This document shows positions 50,711 to 63,311 of a DNA stretch of 64,000 nucleotides, piece by piece. The DNA comes from Callorhinchus milii (taxonomy: Eukaryota). Location: contig NW_024704742.1 in NCBI RefSeq assembly GCF_018977255.1, positions 92,444,001 to 92,508,000 on the forward strand. Direction: 5' to 3'. How positions within the stretch are numbered: position 1 is the first letter of the stretch; the number at the start of each line of letters is the position of its first letter. Made by a program: the position numbers and the translations under genes. The notes beneath the pieces are model-generated. The model did no database searches. It saw only the letters and a list, made by a program, of their open reading frames with translations, and had not been told where the DNA came from.

Positions 50711-51043
50711 ATAATAATAATAATAATAATAATCCTTGCATTTGATATAGCGCTTTTCACGTCAGGAGGACGTCCCAAAGCGCTTCACAGAACACACTGT
50801 AAAGTGAATTGACTGTATATTTGTGGGCGAACGCGGCAGCCAATTGCGCACAGCAATGTCCCACAAACAGTCGTAGATTGAAAATGACCAATTTAATTAT
50901 TGTTTTTGGTTTTTTTGGAGGGATTATTATTAGGCTCTGTGTGGAGTAAGGAAACTTGCCCAAGGTTTCGCCCTCTGCCTGGGATTGAACTCAGGTCTCT
51001 CACTTGCAAAGCGAGTGCTCTAACCACTGAGCTACAGGACTCC
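50711..51043 (-). mobile_element. Full-length young SINE, same subfamily
   Basis: Near-identical to 16151-16474. Confidence 0.92.
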
Positions 51044-51177
51044 ACATGCTATGGAAGCTGCCTAGGCCGTGTGTAGAGGAGAGGAACAAGGATTGACTCA
51101 GTGTTAGAGCAATGAAGAGTTACTGGACAAGTTAAGACTCTTCAGTCTTGAAAGGAGATATCTCGGAGGATACCTTA

Positions 51178-51670
51178 TACAACAACAACAACAGCAGCAA
51201 GATTACATGTGTATAGCACCTTTCACATCGGGAGGATGTACCAAGGCGCTGGACAGTGTATAGCATTTCAGTCCCGAGCTGCGGTCAGGGGGGGAGAAGG
51301 GAGGGAGGGGAAGGGGGGTGGCCGATGGCATGGTCGAAGAGGAGGGTTTTGAGGCGGGACTTGAAGGAGGCTAAGGAACGGGCGAGGCGGAGTGATTGGG
51401 GGATGGAATTCCAGAGGTTGGGGCCAGAGTGGCTAAAGGCTCTCCCGCCAGTTGTGGGGCGGGTTGGTCGGGGGACGTGGAGCAGGCCGGAGCCAGTTGA
51501 GCGGAGGGAGCGGATGGCTTGGTAGGGGGTTAGGAGGTCGCAGAGGTAGGGTGGGGCGAGGCCATGGAGGGCTTTGTATGTGAGGACCAGGATCTTGAAC
51601 TGGATCCTCTGAAGGATAGGGAGGCAGTGGAGTTGGACGAGAGTGGGGGAGATGGACACGGGCTGCAGAG
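51178..51670 (-). mobile_element. LINE2 3' fragment, apparently inside a degraded CR1 remnant
   Basis: RIQFKILVLTYKALHGLAPPYL...LWNSIP...FKSRLKTLLF; (CAA)n tail on +. Confidence 0.88.
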
Positions 51671-52302
51671 AGGAATATATAAAAATTTAAATGGGATTGG
51701 AAAAATAAACCCAGAACAATACTTCATTAAAACTTGAAGAACAATATTTGCTGGATAATGCAAATCATATATAACCCTTGCATTTGATATATCACTTTTC
51801 ACTTTGGGACAATTACAGCAATGTTCCACAAACAGCCATTAAATGTATGACCAATTTTATCTGGAGGATCGTTGGTCAGGACACTGGGCGAAACTCTCCT
51901 CTCTTGTTGAGTGGTGGCATGGGATAACAAGCAGATAGCATATGGAGAGAATATCTTGGATATGTTTTCCGTGTCCTTCCTAGTAAAGAAAACTCCTGGA
52001 AATTAGGGGTAATTAGAGTTGTTTAATACGTTCACTTTTCTTGTTCATTCACTTTGCCTGATTGCAATTTTTTCCCTTCCATCTCAGATATGTGCACCAT
52101 TTATTGTGATGGTTCATCCTGCTGGGTTTAACTGATAGTTTCTGAAATATTCAGTCACAATGTGTTACTGTGTCCTGGGTAGGTATGATATTATGTTGAG
52201 ATTTCTATATTTGTGTATGTGGTTGTTTTGGCTTGTTTCTGTGCAAAACAAGCTTTCAAATTATGCCTGAATTTCAGAATTTTCTAAAATGCTGAAGGAT
52301 AT

Positions 52303-52610
52303 ACTACATTGTGTTACTCCATACTACACTGTGCTACTTTGTGCTACTCTGTACTACACTGTGCGAAACTGTACTACACTGTGCTACTCTGTACTACACT
52401 GTGCTACTCTGTGCTACTCTGTACTACACTGTGTGAAACTGTACTACACTGTGCTAACCTTACTACACTGTGCTACTCTGTACTACACTGTGCTACTCTG
52501 TGCTACTCTACTACACTGTGCGAAACTGTACTACATTGTGCTACTCTGTACTACACTTTGCTACTCTGTAATACACTGTGCTACTCTGTACTACGTTGTT
52601 CTACTCTGTA
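52303..52610. repeat. 10/20-bp minisatellite (TGTACTACAC/TGTGCTACTC), left part
   Basis: Visible tandem array; produces the spurious C/Y/L-rich ORFs. Confidence 0.92.
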
Positions 52611-54640
52611 GTGCACCAGCCACCTACGCTCCCTTAAAGCCCAGGCCCGTTCCGCTGAGTGCTCCTGGCTTAAATCAAACCTAACTGTCCATTGGTAGAT
52701 TTGGCTGGACCGTGTCAAAATCCTACCGCTCCGCTAAATCGTTGTTCTACTCCAAGACAATCTTGGAGGTTAAGGACAACCCCAGGCTCCTCTTCTCCAT
52801 CACGAACCGGCTCCTCCGCCCACCCTCTCACGCTTCACCCATCCTCACCTCAAATGCCAACTGTGAGGCGATGCTGGACTTCCTTGAATCCAAAATCGAG
52901 GGAATCTGCTCAGCTGCCTCTGCCACTGCATCTGCTAACCCCTCCCCATCTCCCCTCCCACCCCGGCCCCTACCCACCCCTCCCTCCACACCTTTGAACC
53001 TGTCTCCCCCTCCTCTCTCATCACCACCATAACCCGCATGAAACCCACCACCTGCTGCCTCGACCCCATCCCTATCCCCTCCTTACCTCCCAGCTCCACC
53101 TCCTTGCCCCTCTACTCACTGACATCGTCAATCTCTCCCTGACCTCTGGTACTGTTCTCACCCCTTTAAAAACCGCTGTCATCATTCCTATCCTTAAAAA
53201 TCCCTCCCTGGACTCTTCACTACTCCTTAACTACCGCCCCATCTCCAACCTCCCCTTCCTCTCCAAGGTCCTAGAATGAGTTGTTGCTTCTCAGTTTCGC
53301 TCCTTCCTCTCCCACCACTCCCTTCTCGAACCCCTCTAATCGGGCTTCCACAGCACAGAAACTGCCCTGGTCAAAGTGACAAGTGACATTCTGTCCATCT
53401 GCGACCAGGGCTCCCTCTGCCTCCTCGTCCTCCTTGACCTCTCTGCTGCTTTCGACACTGTCGACCACTCTATCCTCATCCACCGCCTCTCCTCCACCTC
53501 AACCTCCATGGCGTTGTCCTTGATTGGTTCAGATTGTACTTCTCACACCAGCTGCATCTCCTCCAATGGCTTCTCCTCTAGCCCCCAGACCATCTCATGC
53601 AGCGTTCCTCAGGGCTCTGTCCTTGGTCCCCTTGGTGACGTTATCTGCAGACATGGGGTCAACTTCCCCATGTATGCGGGTGACACCCAACTCTGCCTCG
53701 CTGCCTCCACCCTTGACTCCAAGACCACCTCTGTCCTGACTGAATGTCTGTCAGACATCAAGAAGAGAGCTAACTTTCTTCAGTTGCACATCAACAAGAC
53801 CGAGGCTCTCCTGATTGGCTCCTGTCAGCGCTTCCTCACCTCAGGCGCTGACAGTATCACCATCCATGGTTGCACACTCCACCCTTGCAAAGCCAGTCCA
53901 GAACCTTGGGGTCTTGTTCGACCCTCAAATATCCTTTCTTCCCCACATTCGCGCCATGACCCGCTCTACCTTCCCCACCTCCGCAATGTCACCCGGCTCC
54001 AAAACCGTCTCACACCACAGGCCGCCGAAACTGTCATACAGGCCTTCATTACATTGAGGCTCAACTATGCAAACTCACTGCTTTTCGGCCTCCCAACTCC
54101 TCCCTTCACAGACTGCAGATCATCCAGAACTCTGCAGCCCGTGTCCTCTCCCCCACCAGGCTCCATGACCCTATCACCCCATCCTTGCCTGACTCCACTG
54201 GCTTCCCATCACACAGAGGATACAGTTCAAGATCCTGGTCCTCACCTTCAAAGCCCTCCATGGTCTTACTCCCCCCTACCTCTGCGACCTCCTAATCGCC
54301 TATCCTCCTGTTTGCTCCCTCCGCTCAGCGGGCTCTGGCCTGCTTCACATCCCCCACCTTGCTCTCCCCACTATCGGCGGGCCTTCCGCCACTCTGCACC
54401 CACCCTCTGGAACTCCATCTTGCAGTCCCACCGTCTCGCCCCCTCCCTCACCACCTTCAAGACCCACTTCAAGACCCTCCTCTTTGATGTGCTTTCGATC
54501 TCTCTGGTTCCCCCCCACCGCCCTCCCCCCGCCCCCACCCCGACCCTCAGCTCAGGTCCGTAACTCTGTCTGTCCAGCACCTTGGAACGTCCTCCTGAGG
54601 TGAAAGGTGCTATAAATTGTAATCTTGTTGTTGTTGTTGT
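52611..54640 (+). mobile_element. LINE2 (L2/CR1 group) retrotransposon, 5'-truncated, degenerate RT ORF2
   Basis: [61 protein letters not shown]; stops and frameshifts; 3' end gtgaaaggtgctataaat...(GTT)n. Confidence 0.92.
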
Positions 54641-54808
54641 ACTGTGTACTACACTGTGCTACTCTGTACTACGTTGTGCTACTCTGTACTACATTGTGCT
54701 ACTCTGTACTACATTGTGCTACTCTGTACTACGTTGTGCTACTCTGTACTACGTTGTGCTACTCTGTACTACGTTGTGCTACTCTGTACTATGTTGTGCT
54801 ATTCTGTA
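54640..54808. repeat. Same minisatellite, right part
   Basis: Array resumes immediately after the LINE2 (GTT)n tail. Confidence 0.92.
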
Positions 54809-56514
54809 CAGAGGCATCTCAGCCACAAGGAAAAAGGAAAGTGGGCGCAGAACCCCTATAGAAAGGTATATCGATGACTTGATAGAATAGCTAGATTTCA
54901 GAGCAGCAGCAGAGCCAGGTTTTACATCTGAGGTGGAGCAATGGGCCATTAGTGGTGCCACCTTTCCATCCTTCTCCATGCTGCCTCATACCTCCCGCTC
55001 CCCCTCTCTATCCGCCGTTCACCGAGCTGCCTCTCATGAAGTTGTATGAGGCACGAGGCAATGTGGAGAGTGACAGAAAGAAAGTCTGGAGTGGTAGGTG
55101 AAGGCATCACTGGGGAAGGAGGCGACTGTATCCCAAATCATTTGCTTCAAGTTCAAAACGCTATACCATTGCACTTGTTATCCTTTCCTTTGATGTGGAC
55201 ACTTATGTGCCTTTTATCATTCTTTTATAATTCTCCATAAATGGCCAACTCATGCATTTTCACTTCTGGGATAGCAAAATACTACGATGAATTATGAATG
55301 CAAGAGCAATGCATATTCTTTTTTGTTCCAATATTTTTATTTTTATTCTCCAAGACTGGGGCTTTCTCCAACCCCATTTCTTGTAACTAGCTTTGAATAT
55401 GGCTTTGACTTGGCCCTGAATTTGTGGCACATCATCTGTAGAAACCACAGCACAACACGTGTAATTCTAGGTCAAACTCTACATATGTGTAAAATATGAG
55501 CTTCACTATAATTTGAGGTTTGTTGAGTCAGCGACATTGCTCTCAGTTATCATTATGTTGCTGTATTTAAAGTAGAAATGAATTATTATGTGGTGTAAAA
55601 TGGAAACTGTATAATTAACTGGTTGCATGTTCAATGTCAGTGTTTCTGCAAGAGTTGAATAACATTTCAGCAATAAACACAAGTTAATGTTCTCCACTGT
55701 CTCTGCATGTGGTGTTTCCTGTCCTTTTGTGAGCGTAGAATATTTTGAAATATATTTTACAAATCATTCACATCAGAATTTGCTTATGTCTTTCTCACAT
55801 CAAAGGACTGAGATTGCTCATGTTCTTAGCCTTAAGACCATTGTATTAAAATGTAAGATTGGGCAGAATTTTGGAAAATTCCTTAAATCAGGCTTGATTT
55901 GGAAACTGGCTTTGCACAGCTCTTAAAAGTAACTGTGGAAAACCAGGGATTTGGAAGGTATGGGGAAAGAGCAGGCTATTGGAATTAGGTTTGATGGCGT
56001 TTTGGAGAAACAAATTTTGATGTGAAAAAACAGGCCAAATGGCTTTCTGCTGTTTCACACATTTCTCTGGTTCTCTGACTTCTCTGATTCACCTCCCAGG
56101 ACAATACTACCATTCAGGTTTAAAAATAATAGATGGAATGTTGCTATTGTACAGAGGTCCTGAACGTATGCTGAGAAGGTGTTGACTGGCACTAAACTGC
56201 AATTTGCTTAAAACTCTAGACAGCTTCATACAATTCTTGCTGAGTCACTCTATGTTATTTTAATAAATATCTCGATGATGTAATGGGAACATGGTAGGAT
56301 TGGTATTCCGTGATGAAAAGATCAATTGGGCCGAAGGGCCTACTCCATCTGAACCGCTCTTGTGATCTTGTGATTTACAATTGTGGAATGGAAAAAAACG
56401 TCTTGTAGCAAAGCATTGACCTATTTCCGTTGGGCAGCATTCCAGCTTAAAAGTCAACTAATTTTTTCTGCAAACAGTCGTTTGAATTGATGCTTTTTGT
56501 TACTGTGATTCCAC

Positions 56515-57465
56515 AGACACGGGGTTAACTTCCACATGTATGCGGATGACACTCATCTCTACTTTTCCGCCTCCAGCTGCGATCTCCAGTCCCCTGATAT
56601 TTTGTCAGATTGTCTGTCGGACATCAAGAGCTGGATGAGCGTAAATTTCCTGCAGTTAAATGTCAATAAGACGGAAGCCATACTCTTTGGCTCTCGCCGA
56701 CGTCTTCTGTTCCACAGTTCTGACCTCCTCAACCTACCCGACCTGTCCTTAAAACTCTCTGAACCCATGCGCAATTTAGGCGTCAGGTTCAATCCCCAGT
56801 TATCCTCCCTCCCCCACATACGGTCCCTGACCAGCACCGCTTTCTTCCACCTCCGCCACATTGCCTGTCTCCGAGAATACTTCACTCCAAAAGCTGCTGA
56901 AAGCCTTGTCCACGCCTTTGTCATCTCTCGGCTGGACTACTCTAACGCCCTCCTCGCCGGTCTCCCCTCCTCAACTATTCACAGAATTCAACTCATTCAA
57001 AACTCGTCGCCTGCATTCTCACCCGCACCAAACTTCGTATCCCGATTACTCCAGTCCTTGCCAAACTCCACTGGCTCCCTGTCACAGAGAGGATCAACTT
57101 CAAGATCCTCACTCTAGTGTTTAAATCCCTCCATTCCTTAGTAACCCCCTATCTCTCTAACTTCCACAGCAGTATCTGCTGCTTCTGCTCTACTAGGGCC
57201 GACCACGTTCTCCAAATTCTTCTCTCCACTATTGGCGGTCGTGCCTTCAGCCACTAGGCCCCGAAACTCTGGAACTCTCTCCCTCAACCTCTTTGCCTCG
57301 ACCCCTCCTTCCCCATCTTCAGGTTGTACCTGAAGATCTTCCTTTTTGACCGCATCTATGGTCACCTTCCCCCTCCCCCTGGCTTGGCCTTGGGCTCCGC
57401 CATTGTTAAGTGCTCTGAGACACCGCCTGGTGTGGAGGGCACTATATAAATGCAAGTTGTTGTTG
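56515..57465 (+). mobile_element. LINE2 fragment (RT C-terminus and 3' end)
   Basis: YADDTHLY...NFLQLNVNKTEAIL...HAFVISRLDYSNALLAGLP; tail actatataaatgcaag(TTG)n. Confidence 0.9.
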
Positions 57466-57489
57466 TCGACTTAATTCGCTTCAATATTT

Positions 57490-58498
57490 CAAATATTGAC
57501 TGTGTCGGGGCCGTTTCCTGCTCTCGCAGTGAGTTAGAAGCATTTATAAATTTTGCTTCCACCTTCCATTCCTCCATAAAATTCACATGGATCAACTCTG
57601 ACTCTTCCCTTCCCTTCTTCGACTTCACTATCTCCACGTCAGGTAACAGACTATTCACAGACATTTTCTATAAGCCCACCACCTCCCACAACTGCCTTGA
57701 TTACACCTCATCCCACCCAGCCTCCTGCAAAGACGCCATCCCATTTTCCCAATTCCTCCACCTCTGCCACATCTGCTCTGACAATGCAACCTTCCACACC
57801 AGAGCAACCGAGATGCCCTTATTTTTGCTCGACCGAGGAATCCCATCGACAGTAATAGCCAAGGTCCTTGATCGTGTCCGCCCTATTTCCCTCATCTCTG
57901 CCCTCACCCCTTCCCCCCATCCTGGAACCGTGATAGGGTTCCCTTAGTCCTCACCTACCACCCCACCAGTCTCAATATTCAGCACATCATTCTCCGACAT
58001 TTCCAGCACTTCCAGCATGACTCATCCACCAAACACATATTTCCCTCCCCTCCCCTCATTCCAGAGGGATCGTTCCCTCCGGGATTCCTTAGTTCATTCC
58101 GCCGTCAGCACTACCAGCTGCTCTCCTTCCCCGGCATCTTCCCATACCAGCACAGGAGATGCAATGCCTGCCCTTTCACCTCCTCCTAGACCACTATCCA
58201 AGGTCCCAAACATAGCTTCCATGTAAGACACCGGTTTACATATACTACCACCTAATGTATCCGCTGCTCACGGTGTAGTCTCCTCTATATCGACGAGACT
58301 AAGCACAGATTGGGTGAATGATTTGCAGAACACCTCCGTTCTGTACTCATGGTCAACCCTGATCTTCCGGTCTCCTGCCATTTCAACTCACACTCCCATT
58401 CACAGTCTTACCTCTCCATTCATGGTCTCCTATGCTGTTCCAATGATCCACAGCGAAAGCTTGAGGAACAGCATCTTATCTATCTGCTAAGGACCCTA
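57490..58498 (+). mobile_element. Penelope-like retroelement fragment (RT C-terminus and GIY-YIG endonuclease), degenerate
   Basis: FINFASTFHSSIKFT..LPFFD..TDIFYKPT..LDYTSSHP..KDAIPFSQFL; downstream IRCSRCSLLYIDETK..EHLRSV..PVSCHFNS..EEQHLIY. Confidence 0.85.
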
Positions 58499-58499
58499 C

Positions 58500-58995
58500 T
58501 GCCGCGTTTTGCCCACAAAATTCACTGTACAGTATATTCCGTGAAGACATGATAAGGCACTATATCAAATGCAAGGATTATTATTATAATAATATAATAA
58601 TAATCCTTGCATTTGATTTAGCACTTTTCATGTCTTCTCAACATCTCAAAGCGCTTCACAGAGTAAAGTGAATTGACTGTATATTTGTGGGCGAAACGTG
58701 GCAGCCAGTTGAGCACACAAACAGTCGTGGATTGAAGTGATCAATTTTCTTGAGGGATTATTATCAGGCGTGTGGAGTAAGGAAACTTGCCCAAGGTTTC
58801 ACCCTTCCAGGAATCAAACCCAGGTCTTATTGCATTTCATATAGCGCTTATCACATGTTGAGACGTCTCAAAGTACTTCACAGAATGTACTGTAAAGTGA
58901 ATTGACAAACAGTGCTGCCGTGTTTGCCCACAAATACAAAAACTTTGTGAAGTTCTTTATGTACGTGATAAGGCTCCATATCAAATGCAAATACA
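58500..58995. mobile_element. Cluster of four SINE pieces in both orientations (+ 58500-58588, - 58593-58830, - 58831-58935, + ~58940-58995)
   Basis: Repeated caaatgcaa/ttgcattt tails and gtaaagtgaattgac cores. Confidence 0.8.
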
Positions 58996-61429
58996 ATTAT
59001 ATATGCGATAGTTGCCTTAAGTGACACAAATTCTGGAAATTCCACATCAATTTTACCTAGTTCCAAAAGGATGGGAACTGGTGCAGTGATGTCTGCAGAG
59101 ATCTCCCCCTTTATCATCTCTCTCTGTCTACTGTTAATGAAAATCAGTTTGTGCCTCAGGCTGAAACAAAAGGGCAAGGTAACGTCGCAAAAAATGTTTC
59201 CTTCCGCAGTGTGGAGCTTGTTTTTAATGTGTTTCAGAATGATTATCTGATCAGTGGTTTCATATGACAGAACCAAATGAGGCAAATGTGTAGCTACAAT
59301 GATCTCTTTGTCATGTAATGGATTGCATTGGATTGCAACAAAAAGATTCAGTGTTCGAAAGTGATTTGAGATCATTTGACTTCACCACGCTTTTTAGATT
59401 TTTAATTTGAGTTAGTATAAAAGAACACCCAGCGTCTCAGTCTTCTTAAGAAGTTAAACATAATCAAATAACTTAAAATCATAGGTGGAAATCTCCTTCT
59501 GATGACTGGAAAGTTGACAAAGAAAACTGAAGCCATGTTTACCTTCGACCTCGCCTCCTCCCTCCCTACCTTCAAAAACCCATCTGAAGACCTATCTCTT
59601 TGTCTCTGCTTCCAGTCACCTTTCCCTAATAATCCCCTAGCTCCCCCTCGGCTCAGTTTTGAACTCAGCATTCATGGAGAGTTTTGAGACACTCTCTGCA
59701 CGTGAAAGGTGATGCGAGTATAAATTGTTGCTGTTGAAACATAATCGTTTTTAAGTACATATAAAATGTCAAAATAGTCATATAATCATGGACACCTCCA
59801 AATATCCATAGCGAAGTTGTAGGTTCACTTTAAGAAATTACCATCACACCTATCCTGGCATTATGCTTGATAATATAGCAGTAACTGTTATCATCCTGTG
59901 AAACTTCCAATTAAAATTTTGAACTCAATTTGGTGCATAGGAATATCAAAAATATTTCAATGCTGCACTAGGGGGTGCTGTTCTGAGCTTGGACACAGAG
60001 GGAGCTTTGCTTCGTTTTGACCTGTCCTGTACCTGACCTGGGTGTGGTTCCTGCTGCCTGAAATGCTAACATTCCTCACTGATCATCTCACAATTTAGCA
60101 AAAATAAAAAAAAGTAGAAAACGATAACTCAAAGATACAAAAAAAGTAAACATATTTGTACACATGTAGATAGATATCTCTTCCTCCCCTCCTCTTTTAG
60201 GTCACGACTCAAGACCTTCCTCTTCGATCGTGCTTATGGTCACCTCCTCCCTACTCGGCATCAGGCTCTACCGCAATTAAATGCTCTCAGACTCTGTCGT
60301 GCGTGAAGGACGCTATATAAATGGAAGTTTTAGTTGATGTTATAGATATAAACAACGATTCAATATGAACTGTATTGCAAGACATAAATAAAAAAAATGT
60401 ACATTTTGATATAGCACCTGGTTGCTTCTTGCCTCTGAACGAAAAAAAAAGGTTGGGACTTCAAACTCATATAATTTTAGGCTGACACTCCAGTGTAATA
60501 CTGGGTGTATGCTGGATTATTGGAAGTCCTGTCCTTCAGCTGAGACAAATTGGCTACTGCATTCACATACAAATAAACAGTCACTCCACTTTATAGTGTA
60601 TCTTGTGAAACACTTTGAAATGTCCTCCTGATGTGAACGGAGCAAATATCAAATGTGAGGATTATTATTATTATTTCACGTCGGGAGCACGTCTCAAAGC
60701 AATTCACAGGATTTCCTGTGAAGTGATTTTGCTGTAAAGTGATTGTGTTTTGTAGGTGAATGAGACTTTTGTACACGGCAATACAAGCCATAGAAATTTA
60801 CAGCACAGAAAGTGGCAATTCAGCCCTTTATACAGACAGTAACAGATCTGTAGGTTAAGGTGTTGCTGAACTGCTTGAGTTTCACTGCTGCAGTTTCTGG
60901 TGTCGTCTCCACCACAAGGGCTCAAATATCAGTACCTCATCATCACACACGGCAGAACAAGGAAAGGGGTGAAAATCGTGATGGTTCTTCACTTGCAACT
61001 TTCACCCCACACAACGTGTTTCCAGCAATAGGGAGTGACATTCAGAGAGCATCTAAGCTCACACAAAGACTGTCATTCTTGGCTTTGTCTATTGCACAGA
61101 CAATAGACTGTTATGGTTGCTCTCCTCTGAGAGTTTCTCTCTTGTTTCTCCTTAGCATCAAATATGTTGTCCTGGCATGCTTTTACCCTCCCGAGGCTGA
61201 AAACAGTACCTAGAGGGGGAAAATGACAGAACTTACCGCCTTGTCATGCCAATAAAGGACAATTTTAAAATTGTCATTGAGCATAGAGCATTGACCACAG
61301 AACCAAGCACACAACTGTACACAGTATTATCGTTACATTATTCAGGATCTGTTTTTTGTGCCTACATATGTTGGCTGTGGTGTAATATTTTCAGCAGATG
61401 TTGCTAAAGTCTGTAACATCTATTTATAG

Positions 61430-61570
61430 AATCAGAATTATACAGCCCAGAAGGAAGCCATTCGGCCCATTGTGTCTGTGCCGACTCTTTTAAAAGAGCT
61501 ATCCAAATCAATCCCACCTCCCCGCGCTCTCCCCATAGCCCTGCAAACTTGTCCTCCCCAAATAATTATC
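61430..61570 (-). mobile_element. CR1-type 3' end (similar copy at ~43010-43110)
   Basis: cagaaggaagccattcggcccattgtgtctgtgccgactctttt. Confidence 0.65.
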
Positions 61571-62157
61571 AACTTTGGAACAGCGAGTGAGTTTCTGAAC
61601 CGCAAGCGCTCTCTCTCTTTCTCTCTCACACACACACACAGGTTGCTAGAAATAAAAAGGTAGGGTTTGGATTCACACAGCCCTACTTTGGAACAGCAAG
61701 TGAGTTTTTGAATCCCAGCTTCTCTCCCTCCCTCCCCCCCCCACACACACACACAGGTACCGTTGGGATTCAAGCCAGAGGTGGAGCAGCCTCCAGAACA
61801 GAACATCTGGCTGAATGCACCCACTGAGAATTAACATTCTTGCAAAAAAAAAGGCAAACTTTCAGTTGCGTCTCCAGCCCAAGCAACATGAACCACACGC
61901 CCTGCTCTGGCATGGCAGTTGCTGATCCAGCTTGTTTATCGCCCTCTGTTTGGGGTGGGGATGCAGGTGCCTGCACTTTCTCACCCACTGAGACCTGATG
62001 CTCACAGGGCTGATCGGGCAACCGGTTGCCTGCCTGTGCCTGTGGATCCCTACACTGCAGCATCTTTGGGACCATTGCAAGTTGGAGAGTGGGTGTTGCA
62101 GATGATCCGACAGCCAAAGCTCCCCCAGGAAAATGCCACCTCCACTACAGGTAGCAA

Positions 62158-62210
62158 CTCTCTTTCTTTCTTTCTTTCTCTCTCTTTCTTTCTTTCTTTC
62201 TCTCTCTCTC
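62158..62210. repeat. (TTTC)n/(TC)n microsatellite
   Basis: Direct. Confidence 0.9.
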
Positions 62211-62996
62211 CTCCACCACTTGTCATGTTGCCTGGACCAGAACCAGTGATTTGAGGGAGGAGGAGATGTCTCCAAAGCCCTTACCATTGGCTGTGAGCCT
62301 GGGTGACAGGCACTGACTGCCAGTGAGAGAGGGAAGTTCATTCCCACATTCAAAGTTTCATATATAAAAAAANCCTCCTCTCTCTCTCACACACACACAT
62401 AGACACACCACACACTGAGCATTACAGCTCAAACTGCAAAGCACCCCCTTGTCCAGGGGTGGGGAAAGATCTGAATGGCTGTATATAAACCATCTCTTCT
62501 TTATTTGCAAGGAACAAGAAAAGCAACCCTTGCCCTTGTGCAATTAATCTTTTTTGTTCTGAGTCACTGACTTTGATTGTGCGGAAAGAGGAAAAGAGAA
62601 AGAAAGAGAGAGAGAGTGTGTACGACGTGCAAAAAGAAAAGAGAACTGGATGAATGAAACCACAGAGATAGAGAGGAGGCACAGATACAACCAACAACCG
62701 CAGGGAAACTTCTGATGTCTGGTAAGAGTGTTTTCCTTTTTGCTTCAACTCTCTCTTTTAGAATATACTGAGTTGTATATAAATGCATAAGAATAAGGAT
62801 GTGTCTGGGTACCGACAAGAAGGGAAGAGAAACTAACGCGTTAACTGCTTTAGATTCGTTTCCCAGATTGGAGTTCATGGAGAAACCATAGGAGAAACCA
62901 GGGAGAAAGATAACAGTGTGTAGTTCTCAACGTTTGATGTTCCTGCAAATTGTTACCTTTGGGGGGTAGGAATGGTCCCTGCCAGCAAAGCAATCT

Positions 62997-63311
62997 ATAA
63001 TAATAATAATCCTTGCATTTGATATAGCGCTTTTCACGTCGGGAGGACGTCCCAAAGCGCTTCACAGAACACACTGTAAAGTGAATTGACTGTATATTTG
63101 TGGGCGAACGCGGCAGCCAATTGCGCACAGCAATGTCCCACAAACAGTCGTGGATTGAAAATGACCAATTTATTATTGTTTTTTTTGGAAGGATTATTAT
63201 TAGGCTCTGTGTGGAGTAAGGAAACTTGCCCAAGGTTTCGCGCTGCCTGGAATTGAATCCAGGTGTCTCACTTGCAAAACGAGTGCTCTAACCACTGAGC
63301 TACAGGACTCC
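62997..63311 (-). mobile_element. Full-length young SINE, same subfamily
   Basis: Near-identical to 50711-51043. Confidence 0.92.

Noticed and set aside
52289..52684. Cys/Tyr/Leu-rich repeat proteins (also 54582-54890)
   Set aside because: Translations of a minisatellite that is open in several frames.
53376..54563. 395-aa ORF as an intact gene
   Set aside because: Decayed LINE2 RT: catalytic motif reads YAGD, frame shifts midway, upstream stops, no endonuclease domain.
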